Source: Eutreptiella sp. 'Long Island Sound 2002' (taxonomy: Eukaryota > Protista > Euglenida). Taken from it: a stretch of 64,000 nucleotides of DNA. Position numbers and translations under genes: made by a program. Below are positions 26,000-38,200 of the stretch, piece after piece. Below the pieces are notes generated by a model that saw only the letters and a list, made by a program, of their open reading frames with translations, did no database searches and was not told where the DNA came from. The stretch is from NCBI GenBank assembly GCA_964036045.1, contig OZ038378.1:179056001-179120000 (forward strand), in the 5' to 3' direction. Within the stretch, counting starts at the first letter, position 1; each line of letters starts with the position of its first letter.

Positions 26000-27000
26000 A
26001 ACCCGATGCACTCTGAAACCAGTGGTGCTGCACGCCCCTCCCTGCATGCTTGCACGCACGACACACTGTCGTGGGCGCACTCGTAACGTCCATCAGCTCC
26101 GCGCCTGGCTTTGCCATGTACGACCTGCGGTCTCCCTCAACCCAGAACTTGGCCTTCATGGCCACCAGTTTGCGCGCCACCACCTCCTCCTCAGCGGCCC
26201 CCATACACCTCTGTGAACGGGCTGGAAGCCCGGGGTCCTCGTCCGCCGCCTCTCGCTAGTCCGTTGGAAGCTTGGGGTCAAGCCCCCTCTTTCCGCGGTA
26301 TGTGGATAGGGACGTTACCGTAAACGTCCATACCACCAGGACGAAGGCCCTTAGCCGCTCGATCTCCTTGTCATTCATCGACTCCAGGCACCAGACCTCG
26401 TTGTCCGCTGCATCCGAGTCGCGGACAAGCGCCAACTCGTCCAACGTGACATCCGTGAATTTCTCCTTATCCCAAAACCGCGATACGTATTCGTAGGCCG
26501 GGACCTTCGGCGCCACAACAAGGTGGACAGTGCCACCAAGTTGGCATAAACCCATTGGGGCTTGGCATCCATATCACGCATTTGTAGCAACTCTGATTTG
26601 CACAATGAGGGTACCCCTACCATTCTTCTCTTCGCCGCGGCCTTGGACTTCGCACTCACCTCCGCCAGCTCCTTGCGCAGCCCCTCCATCGCCATGCGCT
26701 GGTCCTCCACCAGCTTCTTCAACTCCTGTAGCTCCGGCGTGGAATTCGGAGGCGGCGCCATGACGCAGAAAGCCCCTATCATTTCTGGCAGACCCACCTC
26801 ACTGTCCACTCGTACTGCAAACTTCTTCATAAACGTGTCCTCCCACTCCTTCCTCCTCTGCAACAACACCGACAACCGCCATTTCGACCGCCGATGTGGC
26901 CCGTGCGATTTGGATGAGGGGCACGGAATCGATAAACGAGGAGGAAATACTTCCCCTGGCAAAGGCTGCGAAATCTGCCACTGACAATTCTGCTGACTGG
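26000..27000 (-). pseudogene. Gag-like ORF1 upstream of the tyrosine recombinase (coiled coil + terminal C-x2-C..H..C knuckle), frameshifted
   Basis: ELQELKKLVEDQRMAMEGLRKELAEV coiled coil; further helical segments; CRACKHAGRGVQHHWF(SEC) directly before the YR frame. Confidence 0.5.
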
Positions 27001-27130
27001 TTCTATACTTGGTTAACATGGAGTTCGACTCTACGTGCGACCTACCTCTGGCCTGCAAGCTCAAATGCAAAAAATTGCACTGTCAGAAGACACACACACA
27101 TGCCCACCGCATGCACACACGGCGGAGCCC

Positions 27131-27295
27131 AAGGCCGTTACCGAAGACATGTTCGTCCTGACGCTGAGGTACCGCTAGAAGGACTTGGTCCGAGTGGGGG
27201 TGGTGTACGCCACCCCGAACAGGCTGGAGAGAGACATCCTGGACGGGCTCTAGGACGTAGTGCAGCGGCTCTTAGATCACATTCTGATCTATGGT
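27131..27295 (+). pseudogene. AP-endonuclease (LINE ORF2-type) fragment
   Basis: DMFVLTLRYR*KDLVRVGVVYATPNRLERDILDGL*DVVQRLLDHILIYG matches the vYaP...L...l....iiiG(DFN) segment; two stop codons. Confidence 0.4.
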
Positions 27296-29922
27296 TAACT
27301 CTGTTTGTGGTGTGCATGAGTGTGCATGCTCGGGCTCCGCCGTAAACTGGCCTCCTGTGTGGACCAGGAGGGCCTTACCTTCTGCCCCATTCGCTCCCGG
27401 TTTCCCGTAGGTCATGGTCCTCCCCCTCCACTCTGCCCTGCATAGGGGACCGGGTCTCTGTGAGAGCCGGCACGTCCACCTTGTGTCTGAGGGGAGTCGC
27501 TCGCACTTCCGTCTTCTTCCGCTGGTAGCCGCGTACATTCAACGTCGTGACACGCAGCGCGAAGAGGGTCGGGTTCTCGCTCCCGGGGTCCCCTCTCTGG
27601 TCGCTGTCGGTGCTCTAGCCCTCCTGTGAGGAGGCATCGTCTACGCTGCCATCGGACTCACTGTGATCGCTCGCAAATAGGCCCTCGTGTGAGCTGTCCC
27701 CATCCGCGGGGATTGGCATTTTGGCACACCGGGCTGCGTTCCCCCACCTGCGTCCTTCCCCTGCGGTCATGAACAGCAGGGTCCGCACCCTCGTCTCCAC
27801 TTGCCACCTCCACTTAACGCGGTTGCCGCTGGTACCCTCGCGGCCCGCAAGTGCCCGGCAAATGCCACCTCCGTTGCCCTCGGGAGGTGCACCTCATACC
27901 CGCTGTCGTGGAATACGTCCGACCCACCCAGCGGGAGCACACTCACCAAGCCTTCCACGTTGTCACCTTGCAGCTGGCCCGTGGCATGCCACAATTCGCG
28001 GACAACCACCGGCACCGCCGAGGGGCTGCCCATGTGTCTCTTCAGGGCGGCGCGTCTCCTTCAGGCCAGATCTGCCACCCTTTTCGGAGCTCCAAGGGCT
28101 GCAGGTCGATCGAGTACACCAGTGCTTGCTCCACGTCGTAGGGGAGCTTGTTGGTCCATCGCTACGCCGTTGTCCGGCCGCGCGCCAGGAGGCCCTTCGT
28201 CTGCTAGGCCATTAGCGTCAACCCGGGGTGCCACCCTAGCAGGATGTCGCCCAGCCGCGCTGGCACGTCATCATCCCAGCGCAGGGCCATGTGTACCTTG
28301 GACGGGAGCGCGGATAACTCTTTGAGCCACCCTGTGCTGAGCTTCTCTATGCGGTGGTCATCCATGCCATCGAGTCTACCCTCGTGTCGGCTTCACGCCC
28401 CAGCACCAGGGTCTCGGACTCTGTTCGCCTGATCGCCGGATTGCCGGAACACCGGATCTGCCGACTACACACGGCCCGCAGGCCGTGGCGGTGCTGCTAT
28501 TTGTGCTTAGTGGAACCCTCTTAGCTGGCTCCCCCGTAGCTGGCTCCCTGTTCTTCTCTCGTCCCCCCGCCTGACTCTCACTTTACAGGCGTGTGCTCGC
28601 CCCTCGACCTTGGGGCGGGCGCCTCTTCACCCCTTTCTCCTCGCACAGATGGCCCCCTCTCCCGACCCTTCATCGCATTATTCTGGAGGGCCATTCCGCG
28701 TGCACTCCAGCTACCACGCTGCTGCGCGGCTCCCATCGCATCTTTGTGTCACCGTCGTGTCTGGGACACATGCCCCCTCTGTTCCCCTTCGCGGCCCCGG
28801 CGGGCCACCTCTCTCAGTCTAACCTTTCCGTGTGACTCTAGCCTCCCCTTGTGGCTGCTTCCGGCCTTCTTCGGCGCAGTCACCGCTCACCCGGTGCCCT
28901 CTGGTCGCTTCCTTGGCCACTCACTGCCCCTCTCACATTCCTCCGCCCCCGTGCCGCGTCACCTCACGTTCCGCGTCGCCCTCGCCCACTGTCTGTCCTC
29001 GCCTCTGTCACTCTCAAGTCCCCGGCATGCACTACTCCATTGTCGTTTGCCGGCACCGGCGCGCTTCGTATCCCTAACGTTCGCTGTCCAAGTCTCGTGA
29101 CTCCCGGCAATGGCGGGGTCCACCACTGATTGGGGCCGCAGCTGCGCCTAGCCGGCCCGGTACCGGGCTACTGCCCTACATATTCCGGCCCTCAACAGGC
29201 TGCACCGAGCCATAGCGTTGTGGCGCCAACCGCACTACATATCTCTCACCTGGGACTCGCTCTATCGGGGGCCACGGGCTCCCCTGAGACTGGGCGGTTC
29301 GTCGCACACCTAGGCAAGGCCTCGGCGCCACCCACATTTGACACTTGGTTCCTGGCATATAGCGCCCACACTGGCTGGTCCCTTAGGGGCTGGGCCACAC
29401 CTGGTTGACCCCGGCCGGCGTTGCTGGGCGCAGGGGGTCGCCGCACTGCGAATCCTCACGTCCCTCACGCGTCTCGCTTACCATAGACTCGGGGTGCATT
29501 AGGCGTGCCCGTGGGCACTCCTGGTACCTCGGCGGTGCCCTCCTCGACGGACTCCGGGATGTCGGCTTCGGTGGTCCTTGCAACCGGAGCCCCGGCGGGA
29601 TCGGGCTCCACGTGGGCGGCAGCCCTCCATGTAGCGGCGGTGCCGGCCCTGGCCACCAGGCTTCCCCGCCAGTCAGCCACAGCCGGACCTAGGGCAGCGG
29701 CGGAAGCCCCCCTTGCCATTGCGGGGCAAGCGCGGGGGGCACTCTCGGGGGTTCATACGCTCTCTGCACGTCACCGTTGCCGGTCGCGGATGGGCGGTCT
29801 TGGCTGCCGCTTCTGCTCCGGCTGCGCCTCTTGTCGCGGCCCCTGGACCTCTTCGGATCATGACTCTTCAAGCGGCTGCGGCTGCGCTTCTTGCGGCGGT
29901 CTCTGCGTGGGTCGCTGTGCCT

Positions 29923-30758
29923 GTCCTGCTCGATGACGAGGAGCCGCTACAAGCAGAACTGCTGCTGGGGATCAGAGCGGCCCTTCAAGGCCTCGCTCGA
30001 GAAGTAGCAACAGGCACAGCCAAAGGCTTCCAAGACACCATGGACATCACCATCCCCAGATAGGTGAAGACCGAGGACATCAACAGGTACATGGAGCTGG
30101 CGTTCGGGGACACCTTCGAGCCACTGCCGGAGACAGCGGAAGGCAAGGTCCGCTTGATGTGTACGAGAAAGACGGCCGATGCAGTACACAAGGGGATGAT
30201 CATCAGGGGAGAAGAGATCAGGGCGCACGCGAAGAAGAAGCGAGACACGGACAGCAGCGATGAGGAGACGCCCAATGACGAAAGACAACAAGACGAGCGT
30301 AGGGACGACATCAGTGGCGGCAAGCGACGTGGCGCTGGAAGGAGTGACGGCAGAGACAGCAAGAGCGGCAAGGAAGGAGCCAAGAAGTGGTTCGTGGGCT
30401 GCTACAGGTGCGGAGGGGATGGCATGCCACGCGGTAGGCCCCATTGGCCAGAAGGAGAGATGCACCCGGTGTGGCAAGAAGGGACACATCGCCAAAGTGT
30501 GCGCAGAGGCGGCAGCGGCCAGGGCGGCCTTCCTCAAGAACTATGGCAAGCCGTGGGAGCTCGAGCACAACCTGCCAAACGACGAGGAAGAGCGGCGAGG
30601 CATAAACCCCATCCCCGTGAGAAGGGGGCCAGCAGACCGCGACCGTGACGGGGCGCGGCAAGGAGAAAGCACATTCCAAATGGACGAGATCCCAGGGCCG
30701 AGAACGCAGTGGGAGCCGGGGCCGGAGCAGTGACCGTGGCCGCCACAAGAGCAGAGAC
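29923..30758 (+). other. 836-bp inversion inside ORF1 copy B
   Basis: Re-inverting the segment restores EEWID-VLLDDEE (as in copy A) and ...RHKSRD-RHSDPRRDRRKKRSRSR. Breakpoints carry an inverted GTC/GAC microhomology. Confidence 0.85.
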
Positions 30759-32413
30759 GTCAATCCACTCCTCTCCTAGGTCGGCTGCCATGCGCAGCTC
30801 TGCGGGAGCTCCCGCCGTTTCCCTAATCTTCTGTCGCGCACGTTTGGGGGCTCCCGCACTGGCCTCCTCCTCCGCAGGCTCTCCTCCGCAATCTTGCCCT
30901 GCAGCCTCGCCTACGCGCGCGGCTTCCGCAGGGCCGCTCCGGGCTATCGCCCGCTGTCCGGCGCCCGTGCCGCGACTCACCCCGCCTGAGACGCCTGGGT
31001 CGCTGGGAAAAGCCTCCTTGCCGCTGCGGGGTCTAGGCTTTCCTCCTCCGGCGCCGCTTCTTCCTCGACGAGGCTCTCACGGCTCCATGCGATCGTTGGC
31101 TCCCCGAGGGACACCCGGTCTTTGCCTTGAAGGCGCGCTGTCGCCGCGTGGATGGCCACCACGATTATGGTCTTCTGTCCTTCCACGGTCATGCCCTTGG
31201 TGGGCGGATAGTGCCCCGTCCCATCGACGAGCGGCTTTGTGTCCTTCCATGTTGATGCCCGCAGCTTCTTCTTGAAGAGGCCGGCTTGTGGGGGCAGGGC
31301 GTTCGCCATGTGGCCTTTGACGCGTACTCCTAGAGCTCACCTCTCGCATCCTTGGCCGACTGGATGTGGGCCCTGTCCATGCCCAGCACCGTGCGTACTG
31401 CCGCTGCCTGCGCGTCGGAGAGGTTCCTCATCATGAGCGACACCCACGGGAGCTTGTCTTGCATAAGGAATGCCACCGGGACTTCTCTCGCTGGGGCTCC
31501 CGAGGTCACCGTCACGTCGGCGCACACAGAGCAGTCCTTCCACTTTGTGCCTGCTCCGTCCACGGCCCCTGCGGGTTCGGCGTCCTGCACCCCGTATCGA
31601 TGCGGATGCCGTTCGTCACGCTCACGTGCTTCCATCGTACTCCTTGGCCGCCACGCACGGCTCCCAGCATTATGTTACGGATGGGAGGCTGGGCCATGGT
31701 GTCACTGTGGTTCTGCACAAAGGAAATGTGGGGTTGAGCGCCGTCCGCATTATGCCTTCCCTTGCCCACTGTGAACGTCTCCGTCCGGGCAACCTCAATC
31801 GAACCGCTGCACTGGCATGCCCCCCTCTCTCGGACCTCTCTCACTCGCTCCCTACCCTCGTACCGATGACGATGGTCGCCTCTCGGGGCCCCGGCGCCGT
31901 CAGCCGCCGCACCTCCGCTTGCGCAACTCTATCACGGCCCCCTGGTCTTGCAGCCGGCCGCGTACCCCCCGGTGTGCAGCCGGCCACGGATCGACAAACG
32001 CATCGGTCCAGAGCACAGCCCTGTTGCAGTGCCTGGATGGGCACCAGGGCCTCTGCTGCTATACAACAGATTGCCCCTGCACGCTGGCTCCGTGTGTCTA
32101 CCCTCGTGTCGCAGTGCCGGCACAATGCCATGGCACCAAGGTCAGACACTCGGATCGCTGGATCGCCGGATCGCTTGACCTTTCTCTTGCGCTCTCCGTC
32201 ACTTCACGCCTGCGAGGCACAACAGCGGACGCCGGTCCCAGCGCCTTGCCCTGTCCTGTCCTTACTCTCCGTGGCGCTTGCACGCTGGGTGTTCGTGGTA
32301 CTGTCCTGAAGGCATCGCGGGATGAGGTTGGCTCCCTGTGCGCTGCCCTCGCCCTCGTCCTCTCGCGTTGGCAGTGCATACGGGATCCGTCCCGCTAGCT
32401 ACCATCCTGAGGG

Positions 32414-32421
32414 TTTTTATA
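32414..32421 (-). promoter_or_regulatory. TATA-like TATAAAAA at the 5' end of ORF1 copy B (also 35231-35238 in copy A)
   Basis: Minus strand GCACCAGTATAAAAACCCTCAGGAT is conserved in both copies; their homology ends 7 bp upstream of it. Confidence 0.35.
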
Positions 32422-32558
32422 CTGGTGCTAGGTAACCAGGATGAGGGGGGGGGGTGTGCCAATGTGGATGGGGGGGGGGTGCTAGCGGGGATGGCGGGGG
32501 GGTGCCGGGGCGGATGGGGGGGGGGGTGCCGGTAATGAATGGGGGGGGGATCCGGTGT

Positions 32559-32627
32559 GAGGAGGAGGAGGAGGAGGAGGAGGAGGAGGAGGAGGAGGAG
32601 GAGGAGGAGGAGGAGGAGGAGGAGGAG
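32559..32627. repeat. (GAG)23 microsatellite within a G-rich tract
   Basis: Perfect GAG repeat, seen directly. Confidence 0.95.
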
Positions 32628-33384
32628 CGCCCGCCGCGGTCGCATGGACGATGGGCCTGAGCGTCGTCCCCCGGGGGTCCCACGCAGATCCACCAGGGGA
32701 GTCCTCCGTCTTACCTCCGCAAGAGCAGGACGGATCTAGTCGCACACCTGAGGACGCTCCTCCCGGCAGGCCGTCCGGGTCCCAGCGCCGGTGTACGACA
32801 ATGCCACGGTCCGATCTGCCTCCAGGTCCTCGTCACCAACCGCCCGAAAGCCCTGGATCCACCCGAGTCAGCATCCTAGAGTCGACCAGACGTGAAGGCG
32901 CGGGTCTTCCTGGGGCATCACCCCCAACTTAGAACGTCGCCATACAAGGAGCGCGGTCTGGCTCGACTAAGTGCGGTACTGGAACGATTTGGCCGGGCGA
33001 GGCCGAGGACGTGATCACGCACGTGGACACGGCCACGGGGAGGGGTGACCTAAAGCCACCTGCACGTCCTTGTAGACTGTGCGGGGGCCCTGTGACGCCG
33101 CACTAAGGATGGCCAAGAAGGCGGAATGAAGTGCGGCACACCAAGAGGGGATCTCATCTCCACAGAGGCTGGCCTCCAGGCTCCGTCCTTCGCCACTGTA
33201 ATGGATGGCCCAAAGGCGGCGCCGATCCGGGAAATGGGGGGCAAGCCCGTGCTGGCTGAGCCCGTCCAGGATGAACACGTCGTGTACCCCCCACTCAATC
33301 TCTTCACGCGAGCGCGCCGGGATTGGGTTGTGCTTGAGGTGTACATAAAGGACTCGGTATGGGCTTCGCCTGCACACTCCCGCG

Positions 33385-35245
33385 GACCTTGCCCTCCGCT
33401 AAATCTGGCAGTGGCTTGAAGGTGTTCCCGAACGGGAGCTCAAGGTACCGGTTGATGTCCTCGGTCTTCACCTGCCTGGGGATAGTGATGTCCGGCGCGT
33501 CTTGGAAGCCCTTGGCCGCGCCTGCCGCTACCCCTCGGGCACGGCCTTGCAGGGCTGCTCTGATCGCCAACAGCAGGTCCACTGGTAGCGGTTCCTCGTC
33601 ATCGAGCAGCACGTCAATCCACTCCTCTCTTAGCTCAGCCGCCATGCGTAGCTCTGCGGGAGCTCGCTCCGTGTCCCGGATTTTCCGGCGCGCCCGTTCT
33701 CGGGCCTCCGCACCTGCCTCCGAGCTCTCCTCGGCGATCTTGCGTTGCAGCCTCACCTGCGTGCGTGGCTTCAGCGGGGCCGCTCCGGGCTGTCAGCCGC
33801 CGTCGGGCGCCCGAGCAGCGACTCTTCCTGCCTGGGAGGCCTGGGCCGCGGGGAAAAGCCTCCACGCTGTGTCCGGGTCCAGGCGTTCCTCCTCTGGCGC
33901 CGCTTCTTCCTCGACGAGGCTCTCCCTGCTCCACGCGATCGTTGGCTCCCCGAGGGACGCCCGGTCTCTACCTTGGAGGCGAGTTGTCGCCACGTGGATG
34001 GCCACCATAATCATGGTCTTCTGTCCTTCCACGGTCATGCCCTTAGTGGGCGGATAGTGCCCCGGCAACGAGCGGCTTTGTGTCCTCCCACATTGATGCC
34101 CGCAGCTTCTTCTTGAAGAGGCCGGTTTGTGGGGGCAGGGCGTTTGATTGACTTCCGGCCACCTCTGGGGGTCGGCCGTCACGTACGCCTGGAGCTCACC
34201 TCTCGCGTCCTTGGCCGACTGGATGTGGGCCCTCTCCATGCCTGGTACTGCGCGCACCGCCGCCGTTTGCGCTTCAGAGAGGTTCCCCATCGTGAGCGAC
34301 ACCCATAGGAGCTTGTCTTGCACCGGGACTTCTGTCGCTGGGGCTCCCGATGTCAGCTTCACAGCGTACACGGAGCAGTCCATCCACTTGGTGCCTGCCC
34401 CGTCCACGACCCCTGCGGGTTCGGCGTCCGGCGTCGTATACTCGTCATCGATGCGGATGACGTCCGTCACGCTCACGTGCTTCCATCGTACCCCTTGGGG
34501 GAGCGTCCCCACGTCCACTCTTTGGCCGTCACGCACGGCTCCGAGTATCATGTTGCGGATGGGGGGTTGTGCCATGGTGTCACTGCGGTTGTGCACAAAG
34601 GAACTGTGGGGTTGTGCTCGGTCTGCACTATGCCCTCCCTTGCCCACGGTGAGGCGCTCTGTCTGAGCAAACACTGTTGTACCGTCGCGGCCTCTTATCT
34701 TTGGCTCCTCTCTCTTGCTCTCTACACCCGTACTGATGACGATGGCCGCCCTGCCGTCGGCGCTACTCTGTCCTGGCACCTCGGTCCTGCCAATCCTGTT
34801 GTCGTCAGCCGCGCACCCCCCTGCGTGTAGCCGGCCATAGCTCAACACACTCAACGGTCCAGAGCACAGCCCTGCTACAGTGCCGGGACGTGCACCACGG
34901 CCTCTGCTGCTGTACGCCTGATCTCCACTGTTCTCCACTGTTCTCCACTGTGTGCTTTGTACGCTTGCTCCTTGAGTCTACCCTCGTGTCGCAGTGCCGG
35001 CACAATGCCATGGCACCAAGGTCTCAGACTCTGGTCGCCGGTCCGTCGGAGCGCTTGACAGCCACATCTGTGAGGCACAACAAAATGGGCGCCAATCCCT
35101 GGACCCGCCCAGTGTTGTCTGGTCTTCTCGCTCACGGGACAAGGCTGGCACCCAGTGTGCCACCCTCACCCTTGTCCTCTCGCGTTGGCAGTGCATACTG
35201 GATCCGTCTCGCTCGTTACAATCCTGAGGGTTTTTATACTGGTGC
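33385..35245 (-). mobile_element. LINE ORF1-like element copy A (3'-truncated before the zinc knuckles)
   Basis: ORFs 33793-34938 and 33304-33756 are homologous to copy B (QPPIRNMILGAVR, GAGTKW, SAKDARGEL, LRMAAELREEWIDVLLDDEE). Homology stops after GKVR. Confidence 0.6.
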
Positions 35246-38200
35246 CGGGGGGGGTAGTGCAGCCCCCCCCCCCCCCCCCGGGGGTCAACCTTCACTGGAC
35301 AGGTATCGGCTTGCATTGCGGTACTGTAAAGCTTGTCACTGCCATGACATTTATGTCATGCACAAAAGAAGGCTCCAAAAGGCCTCGGTACGAGAGCCTT
35401 GGGCACCCTTCAACGATAACACAAACTGACTTAGCATCCCCATGAAGCATGCTGTCTATGGCAGGAAGTACGCGTGAAGCACAAAAGACGAAAAGAGCCA
35501 TTGTAACAATGAATGCCCGTAGTTGTAATACTGGCATAGGGTGTGTGTTGCTTGCCTTGTGCAGCAATGGTGTGCATGTTGCTCTGTCATGCTGATGCTG
35601 TGCCGGGTTAGGGGGGAAATGTGCTCCATTCTTGATGTCCCAGCCCCCCAGCTCCAAGCAGGCTGCGGCATGCAAGAGGTTACGAAAATGACCACGCAGT
35701 GGAGAAATTTGCTCCCACTCCTTTGCACTTCTAATGAGTTGTCCCTAGCACCCCCAGCCAGGTCACACGTAGTCAGCAGCATCAGTACACGCATTACCTC
35801 TAGCTGGGCCCGGATGTGAACTCCACGCAAGGGAGGAGTACTGTGCAGCCTTGCAGAGCAAGTGAATTGGTAGGGAACAGGGTCAGCTCAAGCTGAGGGA
35901 TGACTTGGGTGGCGAGGGACCCCTGGTGGGGGAGGGGGGGGAGGGCTGAGTAAGTGTGCGGGTTGGTACTTCTGGGTACATGCACTGGCTTTTTAATGGA
36001 AAGTGTCTACAATTCTTGTCCCTGGACGGCAGGGAAAGAATTTTTGGTAGGTGAGAGTGGGGCAGTGGTCCCTTTCCTCACAGGTGCTGCTTCTGACGCT
36101 TGGCGTCCCCAATGGATGGGGAGTGGGGAGGGGGAATGAATAACAGGGTTGGAAGCACACAGCGGGCGAATTGACACTGCGCTTAATGAGGGACACCCCT
36201 CAGCTGATTGTGCATGTCCTGGCCAAGGCTCATCCAACTAATATTTCAGCTACGCGCAGGATACTCTGTCTTGAGGATGTGGACTGCCCTGTCATAGATC
36301 CCAGTTTCAATAAAGTGCGCAGAACACTCACTGCACTCACTGGGACTACCCGTAGGACTGGTTGGGTTTGGGGAACACAGCCTGTACACACCTGAACTTT
36401 GAACTGCGGAAAGCAATACCATAATTATAACTGGCACCAAGGTTTTGCACCATGGTGTGCAATATGATCAAGGAGCCAAGAGAGACAATGCCAAGCATGT
36501 GTACAACTCTGTGCTTTACGTAGTACTGCAGACATCATAATGGGGCAACACCAATACATCAGGCTCAGATTGTGCTCAATATTATTCGTTCGTCAGTCGG
36601 TGGTCAGATTGTGCAATCCAGCTGTGGTCGCAGTCAGTTGGCAATGATGGTTGGCGGTTCGCTGGCTTTGAGTAGACTCATCATTCCCAGAGCAACGGCT
36701 GCAATGTATCTCCAATGTGATGCTTTCAGAATTTGCACAGTACATCCACTTCATGGGGCAAAATTGTGCGCACACGAGGGGCTTGAGCAGCAAATCCGGC
36801 AAAGCATGAACGGAACCACCCAGTAGGCAAAATGGTCCATTCATCTTTTTTTCGGTTGCGGTTTTGGGTGTTGGGGGGGTGAGACCTAATTAGATTGATG
36901 AGATTGATTGAAAAACAGACAGACAGTGCTGCAAAATTGCAAACTTGAGGCAATGCACTCCACAGCCAGGCATAAGTGCATCTTTATTCTCTATGCCTGG
37001 CCTGGTTGAACCTCTTGACACACCTGTGTCTGAATAAGGAAGACAAAATTTCATGTCCGACAATGCAGTCGGACAGTCACTTACAGTCAGGCTATCAGAC
37101 AGACTACAGGATACAGGTGTTGAGGGGGGGGGGGGCGTTTGTAGCGAGTCATTTGCATATTTGGGCTACTGAATATCTTAAAATCTTGCACCAAAATATG
37201 CGCAATTAGGGTGGCTGGAATTGTACAGCCTGGGATTTCCGCTGCCTACCAAGGAACCCCTCCCCCCTGTCCCACATTTGGGAAAAATCTCTCTGTAGCT
37301 GCGTCCTCGCATGTCCCGATATCGCACATCTGTCTTCTGCACGTGCCAAAGGCCACGTCCAAGCGCACCATAAGTGCCGTGAGCGTTCAGCTTGCTTCAT
37401 GTACTCGGTTGTAGTCACTCCAATCCATACACTCGCATTTCACACCCGTCCTTCTTCCGGTGAGACAGACATATGCTGTACAACACAATATTACCAAAGC
37501 ATCACGTGTTGTTTCTGAACGGCAGCGACCAATCAATACGACCCGTCTGCCTGCATCATTTCTGAGTGTCCACCCACTGGCAGCTCTTCAATCAACACCT
37601 TGTTGACAATCTGCACATTGCGCGGCTTGGCAACTGGCTTTGTAGCCTCTCTGAAGACTGTAGAAAGCAGACGGGAAGGAGCAGGCAAAATCTGGGCGGA
37701 TACCAGGAGGGTGGAAGAAGATGTGTCTGTCCTCTTAAATATCAAATCCTCTTACAGCATTTTTAGCCGACTTTTTGCGCAAACCACTCACCATGTTTGC
37801 GCCACTTCAGCACACTGAATACTGTGTCACAAAGCCCAAATCTGTTCAACCATCTAATTGTTTTGGATTTTTGAACGACAATGCCATGTCATCGATTCCA
37901 AATTTGCACCATTGCAGCGGCTTTGATTCTGTATTACAGCCTGGACTCTGGAGATTTCACCTTGTAAGGCAAAACTCAACGCAAACTGGGTTTAATCATT
38001 ATTTTAGTTGCATTGATGGCATCAGCAGCACAAAGCAAAACTCAAATCCAAAATGCATAGAAGACACCACCACCTGCATTATTTTACTTTTCTGCCATCC
38101 GTGTTTGAATGAGCTCTCAAGATCCATATCTTTGGTATCCTCACCCTTCATATTGCACAACACATGTATTCCAGGCGTGTGATTGGATGGCTGATGCACT

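Larger units (their letters stand above)
29450..32428 (-). mobile_element. LINE ORF1-like element copy B (RRM-like + 2 CCHC knuckles + RS-rich tail), with internal inversion
   Basis: Aligns with 33385-35245. ITIPR.VKTEDINRYMELAFG...GKVRLMC RRM-like segment; CYRCGGDG and CTRCGKKGHIAKVC knuckles; RSRSRS tail. No intact ORF2 recognised downstream. Confidence 0.6.

Noticed and set aside
27340-29130. ORF2 (APE/RT) expected downstream of ORF1 copy B
   Set aside because: No endonuclease or RT motifs recognisable in any minus-strand frame; only unassigned decayed coding-like sequence.
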